A stretch of DNA of 63,527 nucleotides, counting the filler, from Octopus bimaculoides (taxonomy: Eukaryota): NCBI RefSeq assembly GCF_001194135.2. It is 7 parts of 7 records of this genome, joined end to end, with 100 filler letters (N's around TTAATTAATTAA, not from the genome) between each part and the next. Parts side by side here need not be neighbours in the genome. Positions count along the whole stretch, not along the records: positions 1 to 20,743 come from NC_068981.1; positions 20,844 to 51,922 come from NC_069004.1; 5 more parts are not named here. One strand, given 5' to 3'. Both the position numbers and the translations under genes were made by a program. The number at the start of each line of letters is the position of its first letter. Within the stretch, counting starts at the first letter, position 1. Under the pieces are notes generated by a model. It was not told the origin of the DNA, did no database searches, and was given only the letters and a program-made list of their open reading frames with translations. This document shows, one piece after another, positions 12,614 to 25,595 of the stretch.

Positions 12614-13404
12614 CAGCGTGCGGTGAATAAATTGTCGTTTAAATTACGCAAAAATGAAAGTAACACCGACATCTCATTTTAACAGATATATTTACCAAAA
12701 TTACGTAAAAATATCTTGAAATACTAAAGAGAAAATTTATTCAATAGAATCGCCATTGGCTTCAACCACGGCCTCCAGACGACTTAGGAATATTCTGCAA
12801 CTCTTTTGCACGGTCTCCTTGTGTAAGTTGGTGAATGCTGCCATAGTCCTTGCTTTCCGTTCATTTTTGGCGTGACAGGGAGTTTTGTTGGTCTCTCGCT
12901 CAACTGTGCCCCACACATAATAATCAAGAGGGTTGCAGTCTGGGGAATTAGGCGGCCAGATCTTAGGGGTGATGTGGTCTCAGAAATTGCCTGACAGCCA
13001 TGACTGGGTTTTCCTATTTTTGTGGCATGGTGCAGAGTCCTGTTGCAACCACCCTCTTTATCCAGGGCAGCACTAACTACCTCCGTGTTGAGTCTGAGGC
13101 CGTGTGGGAAGACGAATGGAGCCATAACGTCGCCATCACTAGTGAACACACCAAACACCATGATGCTGACTGGATGTTTGATTTTTATCACTCTCGGTAA
13201 ATGTCCTCAGATTGACACCCAGACACTCTGAAATGTTCGTATTCGAGCTTTCGGTGCGAATGCTAAGCAGTACAGCATATCGTTTCCAAATTTCTGGCAG
13301 ATTGAATTGCGTCATGGTGCTGTTTTTCTCACAGACGGTGCCCAACTGACTCTACTACACTGTGTAGTCGACAAAAGCAAACAATGCGCACCTATCGCAC
13401 CCTA
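12614..13404 (-). mobile_element. Tc1/mariner-superfamily transposon, internally deleted
   Basis: Termini cagcgtgcg/cgcacccta with TA flanks; KHPVSIMVFGVFTSDG and WPPNSPDCNPLDYYVWG motifs; N-terminus MTQFNLPEIWKR. Confidence 0.85.
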
Positions 13405-14055
13405 TATATATATATATATATATATATAATGAAAAATGCATTAAATACTACAAAATGTACACGGAGGAAAGACACAGAAGACCCCTAATTTTTCATCAGT
13501 TATCGACCAATATACTGATACTCAGTTACGTGCTTTTAACGACAAGATTGAGAACTTCGTATATCGGCAACACCCGCAAAACTTTCAGAAAATTAGGACA
13601 CGAGCAAACAAGACAATAGAGGGTGGACGTACGAAAGTAAACAAATGTGATTTGAAACGACAGACGAAGACGGAACAAATACGGCCTTTCGGCTAAACAC
13701 GAGAATGATGGGTAACGCCTAGAAGAAATCCTCCATGAATATAGGAAGAAAGATAGCAAGAGAGGCGAAAATGTTGACCGGCAGGCTAAGCGTCCGGTGG
13801 TAGAAAGACAGAGGGATGAGCCAAATTAATCACGGGTCACGTGTAGACATTAGATAGAAGTGAAGGAGGATGAAAGAGAGTTAGAGAGAAAGAGCGGCAG
13901 AGAGAACAGGGAAGGAAGGAAAGGTGGAAATCTACAATTAAGAGTGAGAAAACGAGAGAGAGGATGAGAGGTTGAGAGGAAGTTGGGATGCTAGAAAAGG
14001 AATATGAGGATGAGAAAGAAATAAATAAAGAAAGAAAGAAAGAAAGAAAGAAATT

Positions 14056-14310
14056 TGGGGAACTGCACTTTTGTGATCCTTTCTAACAATTCGCGTAAGA
14101 GTCCGACAGTCCCTATCTGAAAGTTTTGGTTTTCTTCCGGAGTTTTGTTTCGACTAGGAGATTTTTTCCCCCTTTTTCTCAAGAGCTGTCATTACTTTCG
14201 AGACAGTACTTCTTGATACACCAAACATTTCGGCTGTTTTCGTTACGCTAGCGCTTGCTATACGAACACCAACAATAGTGACCTATTTGAAAGTCCGAAA
14301 GATCTGTCAT
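14056..14310 (-). mobile_element. Tc1 transposase N-terminal fragment
   Basis: MTDLSDFQIG...SASVTKTAEMFGVSRSTVSKVM...SGRKPKLSDRDCRTLTRIVRKDHK across frameshifts (paired-like HTH). Confidence 0.8.
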
Positions 14311-15325
14311 TTTAATGAATTTTAATTACCTTTTTTCTTATGATATCTGAAAAGAAACAGGAATTTTAAGCACAACATATTAGGCAACACTAATAATAAA
14401 TCAAAAAGCATAAAAATAAACAAGCTTTTGGCAGCTTTATAGATATTTCAAAATTATGATGCTATNNNNNNNNNNNNNNNNNNNNNNNNNNNNNNNNNNN
14501 NNNNNNNNNNNNNNNNNNNNNNATATACACATGTATATGTGTAGATATAGATACGTATATGTACATACACACATACATATTTATGCATAAAAATATATTT
14601 CGTCTCTAGTTATGAGACCTTTATTGTAACATACTGTGATATATGCTTAATGTTTATATGTATGTGTGTGTATGTATGCATGTAGGTACGTATATCGATA
14701 TAAGCATTTCTTATATTTTCATGTATTATATACATGCATATTTATATTAAATTATTTTAGTGTATAATATAACCTATAATATCATATCATATACAAACTA
14801 TATAATATTCATACATGTATGTACGTATGAATGTACGTACGTATGTATGTATGTATGTATGTATGTATGTATGTATGTGTGGGTATATATGTATGTATGT
14901 ATGTATGTGTGTGTATGTATGTATGTATGCGTGTGTATGTATGTATGCATAATTTATTTTAGATTGTGCTTCCTTATTAATAAAAAAAATTTGTTATTCA
15001 TATGCTGCGGGGTGAATGTTGGTAGAAATTTTATTTATGAATAACGATTTCTGTCAAAGAGAACCCGATATCAATAACACTGAATATTGTATATTTGAAA
15101 AATTTATTGCGGTTGAATCTGTATTTGTCCATCTTTCCTTCCCCTATTTCTCTTTTCATGTAACTAATGCCTACTCTCCACTGTCCCCACTGTTTTAATT
15201 ATTTGACCGCTTTCAGTTTCTCAGCGAAAACTTTGCCAGTTCAAGTTTTTCACTTTCTTGCAGTCTATCTTCCACTATTTCTCATTCTCCATTTTCGTTT
15301 CTTTTTTCATTCTCACTATTTTACT

Positions 15326-15399
<74 letters not shown>

Positions 15400-15954
15400 C
15401 TATTTCCCCCACCCTCTCTCTCTGGTATATATTTTCTTTTTCCTTATTTCCTACGCTTTTGCCCCACTTGCTTCCTTTTTCTTCCCTCTCCCAGTAGAAA
15501 TCACTGCAAGTTAACCGTTTTACAGTTCTAGTGTAGAGCTGCTACTGATTATACCAGAATCAACTCAGTACAGACAACGAAGAAGATGCAATTATAACCA
15601 GAATTTCACTCATACAACACAACCCTTTCTATTTAGAGGACTACATTATCCAGTGCACTTCATGTCAATCAATTAATCCCACGAGTTAACATTGGCAGCT
15701 GCTGGACAACATCTCAGGAATACAACTAAGCTAATGACCAATTTTATGTAGGATACTAAAAAATAGTTGATAACACTATAAGCGTTGCATAGCTATGTGA
15801 TAATATGGTAATGTTGCTAAGGTTCTGAGAGACAAAGATCAAAATTCATATAAGCTAAGGTTGATCGTAACTCTTATAGGATTTTTTTTTAGTCACAGAA
15901 TCTATTGTAGTTCTATAAATTTAATGTGGGTGTTTCTTCCGCTTACCACACGTT

Positions 15955-16356
15955 ACTCTTTACTCTTTACTCTTTTACTTGTTTCAGTCATTTGACTGCG
16001 GCCATGCTGGAGCACCGCCTTTAGTCGAACAAATCGACCCCAGGACTTATTCTTTGTAAGCCTAGTACTTATTCTATCGGTATCTGTTGCTGAACCGCTA
16101 AGTTACGGGGACGTAAACACACCAGCATCGGTTGCCAAGCGATGTTAGGGAGGGGGGAGACAAACACAGACACACAAACACACATATACATATACATATA
16201 TACGACGGGCTTCTTTCAGTTTCCGTCTACCAAATCCACTCACAAGGCTTTGGTTGGCTCGAGGCTATAGTTGAAGACACTTGCTCAAGGTGCCACGCAG
16301 TGGGACTGAACCCGGAACCATGTGGTTGGTAAGCAAGCTACTTACCACACAGCCAC
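15955..16356 (-). mobile_element. tRNA-derived SINE with CORE-like central domain
   Basis: Same family at 9990-10090, 18821-19017, 24308-24873, 27185-27270, 37780-37890, 48490-48700 and 58495-58620; (GTAAAAGA)-like tail. Confidence 0.8.
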
Positions 16357-16586
16357 AATAATTTCATTTTTCAGCGTGGTTTAACACTCGACAGTGCGCT
16401 TTTTATAAATTATCTTAAGAATGAAAGTACTTCAAGTATTTCTAGAATAAAAGAAAATATATTCAATGATAGATTTGAATAAAATAAAACTGCTTTCATA
16501 ACTATTTAACCATGTGAACTTATTGTATATGCTCCATTTAGATAGTCATTCATTTAATTAAATTACAAAATAAATTACAAATATTG

Positions 16587-16840
16587 TGGAGGCGCGTGGC
16601 TTAGTGGTTAGGGTGTCAGCATCATGATCGTAAGATTGTAGTTTCGATTCCCGGACCGGGCGACGCGTTGTGTTCTTGAGCAAAACACTTCATTTCACGT
16701 TGCTCCAGTCCACTCAGCTGGCAAAAATGAGTAACGCTGCTATGGACTGGCGTCCCGTCCAGCTGCGGAACATATACGCCATTGAAACCAGGAAACCGGG
16801 CCCATGAGCCTCGCTAGGCTTTAAAAGGGCGCATTTATTT
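16587..16840 (+). mobile_element. tRNA-derived SINE
   Basis: A box TGGCTTAGTGG, B box GTTTCGATTCC, shared central segment, (ATTT)n tail. Confidence 0.75.
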
Positions 16841-17554
16841 ATTATTACAAATATTAGTTTCAAATTTTGGTACAAGGCTAGCAATGACAGTGTAAGGGTT
16901 AAGTCAGTTACTCAACTGATATTTATTATATCGACCCCGAAAGGATGAAAGACAAAGTCATCAACCTCAGTGCTTCATTGCTACTTACTTTACCAACACC
17001 AAAAGGATGAAAGGCAAAGTCGATCGCAACGGAATTTGAACATAAAGAGTGTAAAGAATCTAAAGAGACAGAAGAAATGGGGCCAAGTATTTTTTTCCTG
17101 CTCTCTTACGATTATACTTTTATTAAGAACAATTCTGCACTCTTTCTACCTACGTTTCAACTGAGGCAACGCCGGGTATCCTGATAGTACATCATATACA
17201 CATCTAATTATATATTCATAAAATTGGCACACCTTCCTGTCTGAAATTTGTGATTGTTATAAATTGAAGAATTACATATTATGAAGTATTTTGTTCTGTA
17301 CACATATTTACTGATCTGCAGCACCCTAGTATTATTTTAAAAGATGAAGCAAAATATATTCCATGAATTTTTTTCACAGAATATTATATGTCGGTTGCCA
17401 TACAGACATTATTTGGTCTCTGCTTAATTGTATTGCACTATTCTCTTTGTAACATAACACATATGCTTAAAGTACATGTAATATCTAGATTTTAATGTAT
17501 TTCATATACGTGTGTGGGCAAGCATGTGCATATGTCTGTAAATACATATTATAT

Positions 17555-17768
17555 GGAGGCGCAATGGCCCAGTGGTTAGAGCAGCGGACTCACGGTCATA
17601 GGATCGCGATTTCGATTCCCAGACCGGGCGTTGTGAGTGTTTATTGAGCGAAAACACCTAAAGCTCCACGAGGCTCCGGCAGGGGATGGTGGCGAACCCT
17701 GCTGTACTCTTTCACTATAACTTTCTCTCACTCTTACTTCCTGTTTTCTGTTGTGCCTGTAATTCAAA
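17555..17768 (+). mobile_element. tRNA-derived SINE (OK-like), 5' half
   Basis: Near-identical to 1377-1590; homology stops at cctgtaattcaaa, about the same point as the 2040 copy. Confidence 0.85.
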
Positions 17769-18820
17769 GGACAACATTTTTTTCACAAACAAGGTATTCA
17801 CTTAGCATTTTAATGGAACGAGAAAGTGTCTAACATTTCGGGTCTAAGTTTTTTATCTGGAGAAAGAGATGGACAGAAAAATTTGTCAGTGAAAAGAGAG
17901 CGGGCAAAGGTATAGAAACTAAGTTGGATGGGGGACTGTTTTATGAAGAAGGAAGGAAGGAAGCGGTGTGTAGATGCAAGTATAAGAGAATATACACATC
18001 TTCAAGCGGACATGGTGGAAGTAATGAGTGTGTGCAATGTGGTGTATGGATAAGTATAGAATTATGCAATCCTTGAAGTATAGGAGCGTCAATTTAACGG
18101 GTGCATCGGTGTGTGTGTGTGTGTAAGTATGTGAGGAAGTGTGTGTGTGTGTGTGTAGCCGTTAGGCGAGCAGTGTCAAACTGTTTATATAAGGTAGGAA
18201 AGAGGAGGTGAGGGAATAAAGATATTGGTGAAGTAAATGAGATGGCAAAAGTAATGTAAAAGATGTCATTGGTGGACGCGCAAGTTGTAATAAAAGTAAA
18301 CNNNNNNNNNNNNNNNNNNNNNNNNNNNNNNNNNNNNNNNNNNNNNNNNNNNNNNNNNNNNNNNNNNNNNNNNNNNNNNNNNNNNNNNNNNNNNNNNNNN
18401 NNNNNNNNNNNNNNNNNNNNNNNNNNNNNNNNNNNNNNNNNNNNNNNNNNNNNNNNNNNNNNNNNNNNNNNNNNNNNNNNNNNNNNNNNNNNNNNNNNNN
18501 NNNNNNNNNNNNNNNNNNNNNNNNNNNNNNNNNNNNNNNNNNNNNNNNNNNNNNNNNNNNNNNNNNNNNNNNNNNNNNNNNNNNNNNNNNNNNNNNNNNN
18601 NNNNNNNNNNNNNNNNNNNNNNNNNNNNNNNNNNNNNNNNNNNNNNNNNNNNNNNNNNNNNNNNNNNNNNNNNNNNNNNNNNNNNNNNNNNNNNNNNNNN
18701 NNNNNNNNNNNNNNNNNNNNNNNNNNNNNNNNNNNNNNNNNNNNNNNNNNNNNNNNNNNNNNNNNNNNNNNNNNNNNNNNNNNNNNNNNNNNNNNNNNNN
18801 TGTGTTTGTGTGTCTGTGTT

Positions 18821-19017
18821 TGTCCTCCCCTAACTTCACTTGATAACCGATGCTGGTGTGTTTACGTCCCCGTAACTTAGCGGTTCGGAGAAAAGACCGA
18901 TAGAATAAGTACCAGGCTTACAAAGAATAAGTCCTGGGGTCGATTTGCTCGATTAAAGGCGGTGCTCCAGCATGGCCGCAGTCAGATGACTGAAACAAGT
19001 AAAAGAGTAAAAGAGTA
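18821..19017 (+). mobile_element. CORE-like SINE 3' half (5' part in gap)
   Basis: Reverse complement of about 15955-16180. Confidence 0.75.
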
Positions 19018-19896
19018 ATATTTATCAGAGGCGACGCCAGGTCATCTGTGTCACTCGAGCTCATCACAGATTTCGCATAAGACACATACCTGCTCGAAGA
19101 ATTTCACGTTTTTCCGCAATATTTCTAGCCCCAGATAGCTTTTTCTTTTTTATATCTAGCACTATGTATTTCTCCATTTCTAAGTTTAGGGTAAATATAA
19201 AGCAACTCTGAGAAACACAACTGATCTTTACACACAGATGCACAGAAAAACCACAATCAAATAACGACAGCGAAGTGCACAAGAAACTGTCGCCTGTACT
19301 CTTGCAAGAGATACCAGGCCCGTTCGTCTTCGCCCAAGTTGCTGGATAATTTTTCGTTCCTTTTAGAATATTGTAGAAGGGAAACTTTTCATAGATTGGA
19401 ATTTAAATTCTAATCTCTATAGAAATTTATTGCTTCAAGAAACATTGAATTTGAATTATTCTAAATTTTTACGATTAACTTCTGAGCTAGAGTCAGGTGC
19501 GTGTGAACATTGTGGAGAGAGCGTCTGCTACAAATGATATTTTTTGACACAGGGCACCTCTAAGACGACCGGCAGACGCTGGACTAAAATAAATGAATTG
19601 CAACCAGTCACAATAAAAGGAGCCCGAGTTATTGGCTGCAATTACATACTTGAAGTCAGTGTTGGCAAAAATTAAATCAGCTTGCAAATACACATTCACT
19701 TTACTAAATTTATGTTCGGGCTAAGCCTGAACAGCCCGAGTGCCGGAGTCGCCACTGGTATATATGTACAGCCTTGGCCAAAAGTATTAGGCTACCCCAG
19801 TATTTTGGGGTTCTGCTTTTGGACAAGGCTGTATATATCGTTGCATACATGTATGTATGTATGTATGTATGTATGTATGTGTGTGTGTATTTATTG

Positions 19897-19937
<41 letters not shown>

Positions 19938-20402
19938 TGACGTCATACCAATAATCCCTTAAGTCCTTGAACATCAGCACTTTTAACTGGAGACAACTAG
20001 CTCTGAGTAGAAGCGTAATAGTGGCCTATGACTGGGAAGAAAAGTCTCTAGTTTAACAATAAAACACCGGATTTCCTATCGAATTGTGAAATGTATTGTT
20101 TGAAAAGCAAAGGCTTTAAATTCTCTGGGTTCAAAGACAATCTCGTCAGCAGTATTAGTGGTTACATTACACTTTCAAAAGTCAAACTTGTCATTTATGA
20201 AAGGTCAGTTATCGGGAGACCAATTCAGGAAGCTTATTGGTATGTTTGTTTTTTTTTTTTTATCAGAGTCTAAAGGAAGAGACCGTGCCTACTCGGAATG
20301 AGACAATTGGGCACAGCTGCTTTGGCGCTAGTGATTTGCCACAGCTAACTGGACGTTTCACCTGTTTTGGTAACAGTAGGTTTTGGCACCGGAAACAAAT
20401 GC

Positions 20403-20434
<32 letters not shown>

Positions 20435-20743
20435 AGATAAACAAACAAACACATACACACACATACAGATAGAAAGACTGAGAGTGGGCAAAGAGAAGGA
20501 GAGCGTGTGGATTGAGGGGAGAGAGAAGGAGAGGAGTCGAGAAAGACCTAGGGAGAGAGAAAGCCCTAGGAAGAGAGAAAGGCTTAGGGAGAGAGAGAAA
20601 GGGAAAGAGAGATATTACAATCTACTGATTGAACACGACCGATAAACACTTTCTGACTACTCAAACACATAAAGGGAAATATATTCACACGCACAAACAG
20701 AGAGGGTGATGGAGGGAGGGAGAAGGCATGAGAAATATATAAA

Positions 20744-20843
20744 NNNNNNNNNNNNNNNNNNNNNNNNNNNNNNNNNNNNNNNNNNNNTTAATTAATTAAN
20801 NNNNNNNNNNNNNNNNNNNNNNNNNNNNNNNNNNNNNNNNNNN
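20744..20843. other. Artificial contig-join pad
   Basis: 44 N + TTAATTAATTAA + 44 N; stop codons in all six frames. Confidence 0.95.
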
Positions 20844-22030
20844 GAAGAGCGCGATTCGATTGTAAGATATTTTATTAGTTGAACGATATTTCGACAGAAC
20901 GTCTGTCTTTGTCAAGTTCAAAATAAGAAGTGATAAAAATTCAAAATTACAGAAATTTAAACGTAAAGTATGAACGAGAGCAACCAGAGTCCATTCGTTG
21001 ATGGAATGACATCATCAGTTTTTAAGTTTTATAACAGGCGGAAAGAAAGAAAAAAATAGAAGCAGGAAGACGACAGAAAAAAGGAAAGAAAAAGAGAGAA
21101 AGAATATTCAATCAAACAGTTTTGTATAAATTTGATGATATTCTCCTGTCATCTTATTCATTCCTCCAGGGCGTGATGTTAATAACCCGCAAACATATTT
21201 CTCCTCATACATTCTGAGAAGTGAAAGTGGGGTAGATTCAGAATATTTTTTGNNNNNNNNNNTTAATAACCCGCAAACATATTTCTCCTCATACATTCTG
21301 AGAAGTGAAAGTGGGGTAGATTCAGAATATTTTTTGAGAATGTGCACTTTCAAATCTTCTTCAAAATTGCAGCCGCTTGAAACGAAATGTTCAGCAAGTT
21401 CTGTTGAACTACTGTTCTTGTGCCTGAAGTCGAATCTGTGCCCATTAAACCTTTTGATTAATTGTTCCGTTGTACAACCAACATAAATCAAGTTGTTTCG
21501 TGCATTCTGCACCGTACACTAAATGGGAATCTTTACATATTCCCCCTTCTGTATAAATCATAACATTTCTGTTATGATTTCTGATGAAATTCACTTCACT
21601 CATGTTGTTGCACAATGAACAGAGCTTACCCCTCTTGCGGCTGTTCTTTAAGGTACAGCATGCAGATACTCCAATGTTCGTTTTCTTGGCGTCAGATATA
21701 GAGGTCAATAATTCTCTTATGCTCTTATTCCGTCGAAAGGCTACAATGGGCGACTGAGGAAATATCTGTTTGAAACTGGGATATTGTTTCGCTACATGCT
21801 GGTAACTTTCATGCAACACTTTTGAAATGCCAGCGAAACGTCGGTGCCAGCTAATCACTAAAGGAATTCTGTCATCTATTGTATTTTGTTTGCTAAAATT
21901 ATGCGTGTAAGGTTTGACTATCTTTGCTAATCTTAGCTATTTCATTTGTTATTTCCTTTAAACGTGATTCACTGTAACCTCGTTTGACATAATGACATAC
22001 AAAAGCATTTGCATGTTTCCAGTAATCCCC
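20844..22030 (-). mobile_element. Penelope-like element, C-terminal (GIY-YIG endonuclease) part and 3' terminus
   Basis: RIPLVISWH...PIVAFRRNKSIRELL...Cys-rich linker...LIYVGCTTEQLIKRFNGHR...LAEHF...YEEKYVCGLLTSRPGGMN; frameshift near 21500. Confidence 0.9.
20879..20921 (-). ncRNA. Minimal hammerhead ribozyme motif (U3-A8 variant)
   Basis: UUGAAC UUGACAA A GACAG acguu CUGUC GAA AUAU C GUUCAA: helix I 6 bp, helix II 5 bp, palindromic helix III. Confidence 0.7.
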
Positions 22031-22068
22031 TATGTCAGTACAAATCCATAGAGTTCTATAGGGGATTA

Positions 22069-22700
22069 GTGGCGGGCAAGAGACGACGACGTCCTCGAGG
22101 AAACTCTAGGTGTCGGGAGGGATCAATTAAATGGTCTTTTCCTGAGAACTTTCGGGCCAGGGCCTATGGATAATTTCAGAAATTCCTGGTCTGGCAGTGC
22201 TACCGGGAGCCCTGCCGGTTCGAGACAAGCTCTACAGACACGGAAGTGCTGTCAAACGGACCTGTCCGAGATGTGCGCAGGGCGACGAAACTGTCCTGCA
22301 CGCACTCGTCTAGTGTCCGTGCATTACTGACCTGTGAAGCTTTGTCGAACTGCTGCTATCACGTGTAGGACTGATACGGTTATCAGCCGAGTCCATCGTG
22401 AGATCGCTCCGCCGCTTTCCTTTGACCGGGAAAGAAAGTCAGTTTTCCTCTGTCTGGTGGCTATGGCGAAGGAGGTAGTGTGGTGGATGAGATTGAAAGG
22501 ACTGAAGACAGATACTTCCCTCTTTGGCCAAGCACTCATTGACTTTTCCAAGTTCCACTTGAAAAGGAAAGTGAGAGTAGAGAGAGAAGTTTCACCCCCC
22601 AGAACTTCCCAGAGTTGAAAAGGAGAGAGGCGACTGCTGAGGTGCATCTGGTGGTAGGGATAACCAGAATGTGTGGGGTTTCTCGGTTGATTCTGTGAGG
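22069..22700 (+). mobile_element. Tx1/L1-clade LINE ORF2 3' fragment
   Basis: WQCYRGALPVRDKLYRHG...CPRCAQGDETVLHALV*C (zf-RVT-like) followed by FLCLVAMAKEVVWWMRLKG. Confidence 0.8.
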
Positions 22701-22769
22701 AACTTCCCCATTTTGAGGAATTTTACTGTTTAATTGTGTTGTTAATTGTCATTATTTTATCGTTTACTC

Positions 22770-22915
22770 GATTTTTGTGTTGAACATTACGTGTCCCCAG
22801 TTTTGTATTGTCAACAAAATTGAGTGTATGGTTAACAACTTCATGAGCATAGGAAGCCCATCCATCGGATACATAATGTTTTTTTATGAAATTTGGGGAT
22901 GTCGTTATCGTCACT
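22770..22915 (-). mobile_element. Possible Merlin/IS1595-type transposase remnant
   Basis: YVSDGWASYAHEVVNHTLNFVD resembles the recalled SDxWxAY...HxxVNHSxNFVD motifs, with the intervening segment missing. Confidence 0.4.
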
Positions 22916-24307
22916 TCCGGTTCTCTCGCAATTTACTTTGAATTTTCTTGGACAATTTGCTGTCACTCTTTTACCACGGTAAACTACTTGTTAACCAAGC
23001 CATGCACAAAGGTTCCTACAAAACACAACCAACAGAGAAATGAATATTGATTGTTAAGCACTTAAAATTATCCAAATATTTTATTAGCCACCGCAATTAA
23101 AACCGGGTCAAAGCTGAGGAAATATCTCTTGGAAAAAAAATGTACCTGTTACCTGACTATGTTTCAAACTCCCTGAGTTTCAACAAATTTTCTCAACACA
23201 TGATACATAAATACAAACATCAATTATGATCTTTTTCGGGAGTGTTTTGTTCTTTTCCTCTGCTCTATCTATCCCTTCTATTCTCAAGGGAGTTGTAGCT
23301 ACTTTTGGAACTTGGTAGCAAACTGTCTTTGAGATGAATAAATTGGCGTCGCTAACGTGGAAAAATTTATGGTTATTTATCAAAAGAGAGAATACATTAC
23401 ATTTCTTTAAGAAGTCGAGATATGTTCCTATGTTTGAAGAGAGCCTCTTCAAGCATGATTGCTGGGAGGTGAGACCCTTCCAGTACTGAGTGCCCAAAGC
23501 CCTTCGTATCAAGGGTCCGGAGCAGTCGCACCCTTCGGCGCCTATAAATTCGGCCCTGCATTGAGCAGTGATTTTAAAATTCGAATATTTTATCAATACT
23601 TTTATTTCAACGTATAAAGCGATCATCCAGATATCGTTTCTAATTCTCTTATATATTGGTAAAACGAGAATCCATATTTTTGAAGCGATACTTGATATAT
23701 TATCAATTCTAGATAATCCATAACTAAGTTTGCAAAAACTGGGACTGCTTTTATCGCCATCACAATTCAACTTTTCTGTTGGTAGTAATTGGCATAAAAC
23801 CAGAAGTAATTGCTCTGGAAGATAAATTTTAATGCTTCAATTATAAATTCCTTGTTGATACACTATGGTAATTCTTCTGGATAGTTCTCCAACCAGAATT
23901 TGGTTGCTGTGTGAGACAGTCGTGTGGGATATTAATCAGCATACAGGCTCACAACATCAAAGGATAAGATAACTGTCTCTTTATTGATTGTTTTTTTTTG
24001 TGGGGGGAGGTGGTTTAGCATATCTAGATTGTCTCTAATGAAGCTTTTGATATATTTCAGAAGGGGTTTTAGTAGGATGTCGAGAAAATTGCTTAAACAG
24101 TGAGTTTCACATGATCGGCCAGCTATGATAGGCCTTAATTTTAAATCTCTTGGTGATTGGACGTTAATGTATATGCTTGATGATTCTTTCCAAGCTTCAT
24201 GAATTTTTTTTTTTTCCTGAAATATTTGGTAAACCTTAGAAAAGACTAGGTTTTCATTTCAAATTTGTTATATAATCGATTTCTTTGTTTGTCAGCCTTT
24301 TCCGTAT

Positions 24308-24873
24308 ACTCTTTTACTTGTTTCAGTCATTTGACTGCGGCCATGATGGAGCACCGCCTTTAGTCGAGCAAATCGACCCCAAGACTTATTCTTTGTAAGC
24401 CTAGTATTTATTCTATCGGTGATTTTTGCTGAACCGCTAAGTTACGGGGACGTAAACACACCAACATCGGTTGTCAAGCGATGTTGGGGGGGACAAACAC
24501 AGACACGCAAACATATACACACACACATACATACATACATACATACATACATACATACATACATACATACATANNNNNNNNNNNNNNNNNNNNNNNNNNN
24601 NNNNNNNNNNNNNNNNNNNNNNNNNNNNNNNNNNNNNNNNNNNNNNNNNNNNNNNNNNNNNNNNNNNNNNNNNNNNNNNNNACACATACATATATAGACA
24701 TATATACGACGGGCTTCTTTTCAGTTTCTGTCTACCAAATCCACTCACAAGGCTTTGGTCGGCCCGAGGCTATAGTAGAAGACACTTGCCCAAGGTGCCA
24801 CGCAGTGGGACTGAACCTTGAACCATGTGGTTGGTAAGCAAGCTACTTACCACACAGCTACTCCTGCGCCTAT
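24308..24873 (-). mobile_element. CORE-like SINE with internal (CATA)n, inserted in the Penelope-like element
   Basis: Colinear with 15955-16356. Confidence 0.8.
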
Positions 24874-25189
24874 AAAGCCACTCCTGCGCCTAGGTGAAGT
24901 AAGGACGAAAGATGTTTCATTATTGTCTATTTCGTAGTGGGAATCGTTTTCAAGTATGGACAATACTTAGTCTTGGTCTTTGCAGTATTCTGTGTGCATC
25001 AGTGCTACAGTTTTCCCCTTTATCAGTTTCTTTAACCGTCAATTCTTTATCAGTTTTCAATTCAATTAACTTTTTTTTTATTTAGTAGTGCTGAGGTTTT
25101 ACTTAATTCTTTGCGTAAGGAAATTCAAAATGTTCATTATTTACATTATTTACATTTGACGGGTGTTTGTCCTCATCTTGTTTGTTATT

Positions 25190-25235
25190 AACGCAACGTT
25201 TCGGCTGATATACCCTCCAGCCTTCATCAGGTGTC
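25190..25235 (-). ncRNA. Minimal hammerhead ribozyme motif (left arm)
   Basis: GACAC CUGAUGA A GGCUG...CAGCC GAA ACGU U GCGUU; one mismatch in helix I. Confidence 0.65.
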
Positions 25236-25432
25236 ATGGGTAAATTACGAACCTGGGTTCTCATTCCTAAGGTATTTTTTCGATGTTGTTTTCATCATCA
25301 TCATTATCATCATTTAGGTCACTGCCTGGAATCGAACTCAGAATCTTGGGGTTAGTAGCCCGCGTTTTTAACCACCACGCCATATGCCCGTGAGCATATG
25401 GCGTGGTGGTTAAGTTCGATTCCAGGCAGTGA

Positions 25433-25500
<68 letters not shown>

Positions 25501-25549
25501 TCGAAAAAATACCTTAGAAATGAGAACCCAGGTTCGAAATTTCCCCCAA

Positions 25550-25595
25550 GACACCTGATGAAGGCTGGAGGGTATATCAGCCGAAACGTTGTGTT
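25550..25595 (+). ncRNA. Minimal hammerhead ribozyme motif (right arm)
   Basis: GACAC CUGAUGA A GGCUG gaggguauau CAGCC GAA ACGU U GUGUU; intact core, palindromic helix III. Confidence 0.75.

Noticed and set aside
21178-21337. Duplicated KKYSESTPLSLLRMYEEKYVCGLL in the Penelope endonuclease
   Set aside because: Exact repeat on both sides of a 10-N gap; assembly artefact
23180-23770. 196-aa minus-strand ORF
   Set aside because: Its 5' part overlaps decayed Penelope RT read in another frame; no recognisable domain
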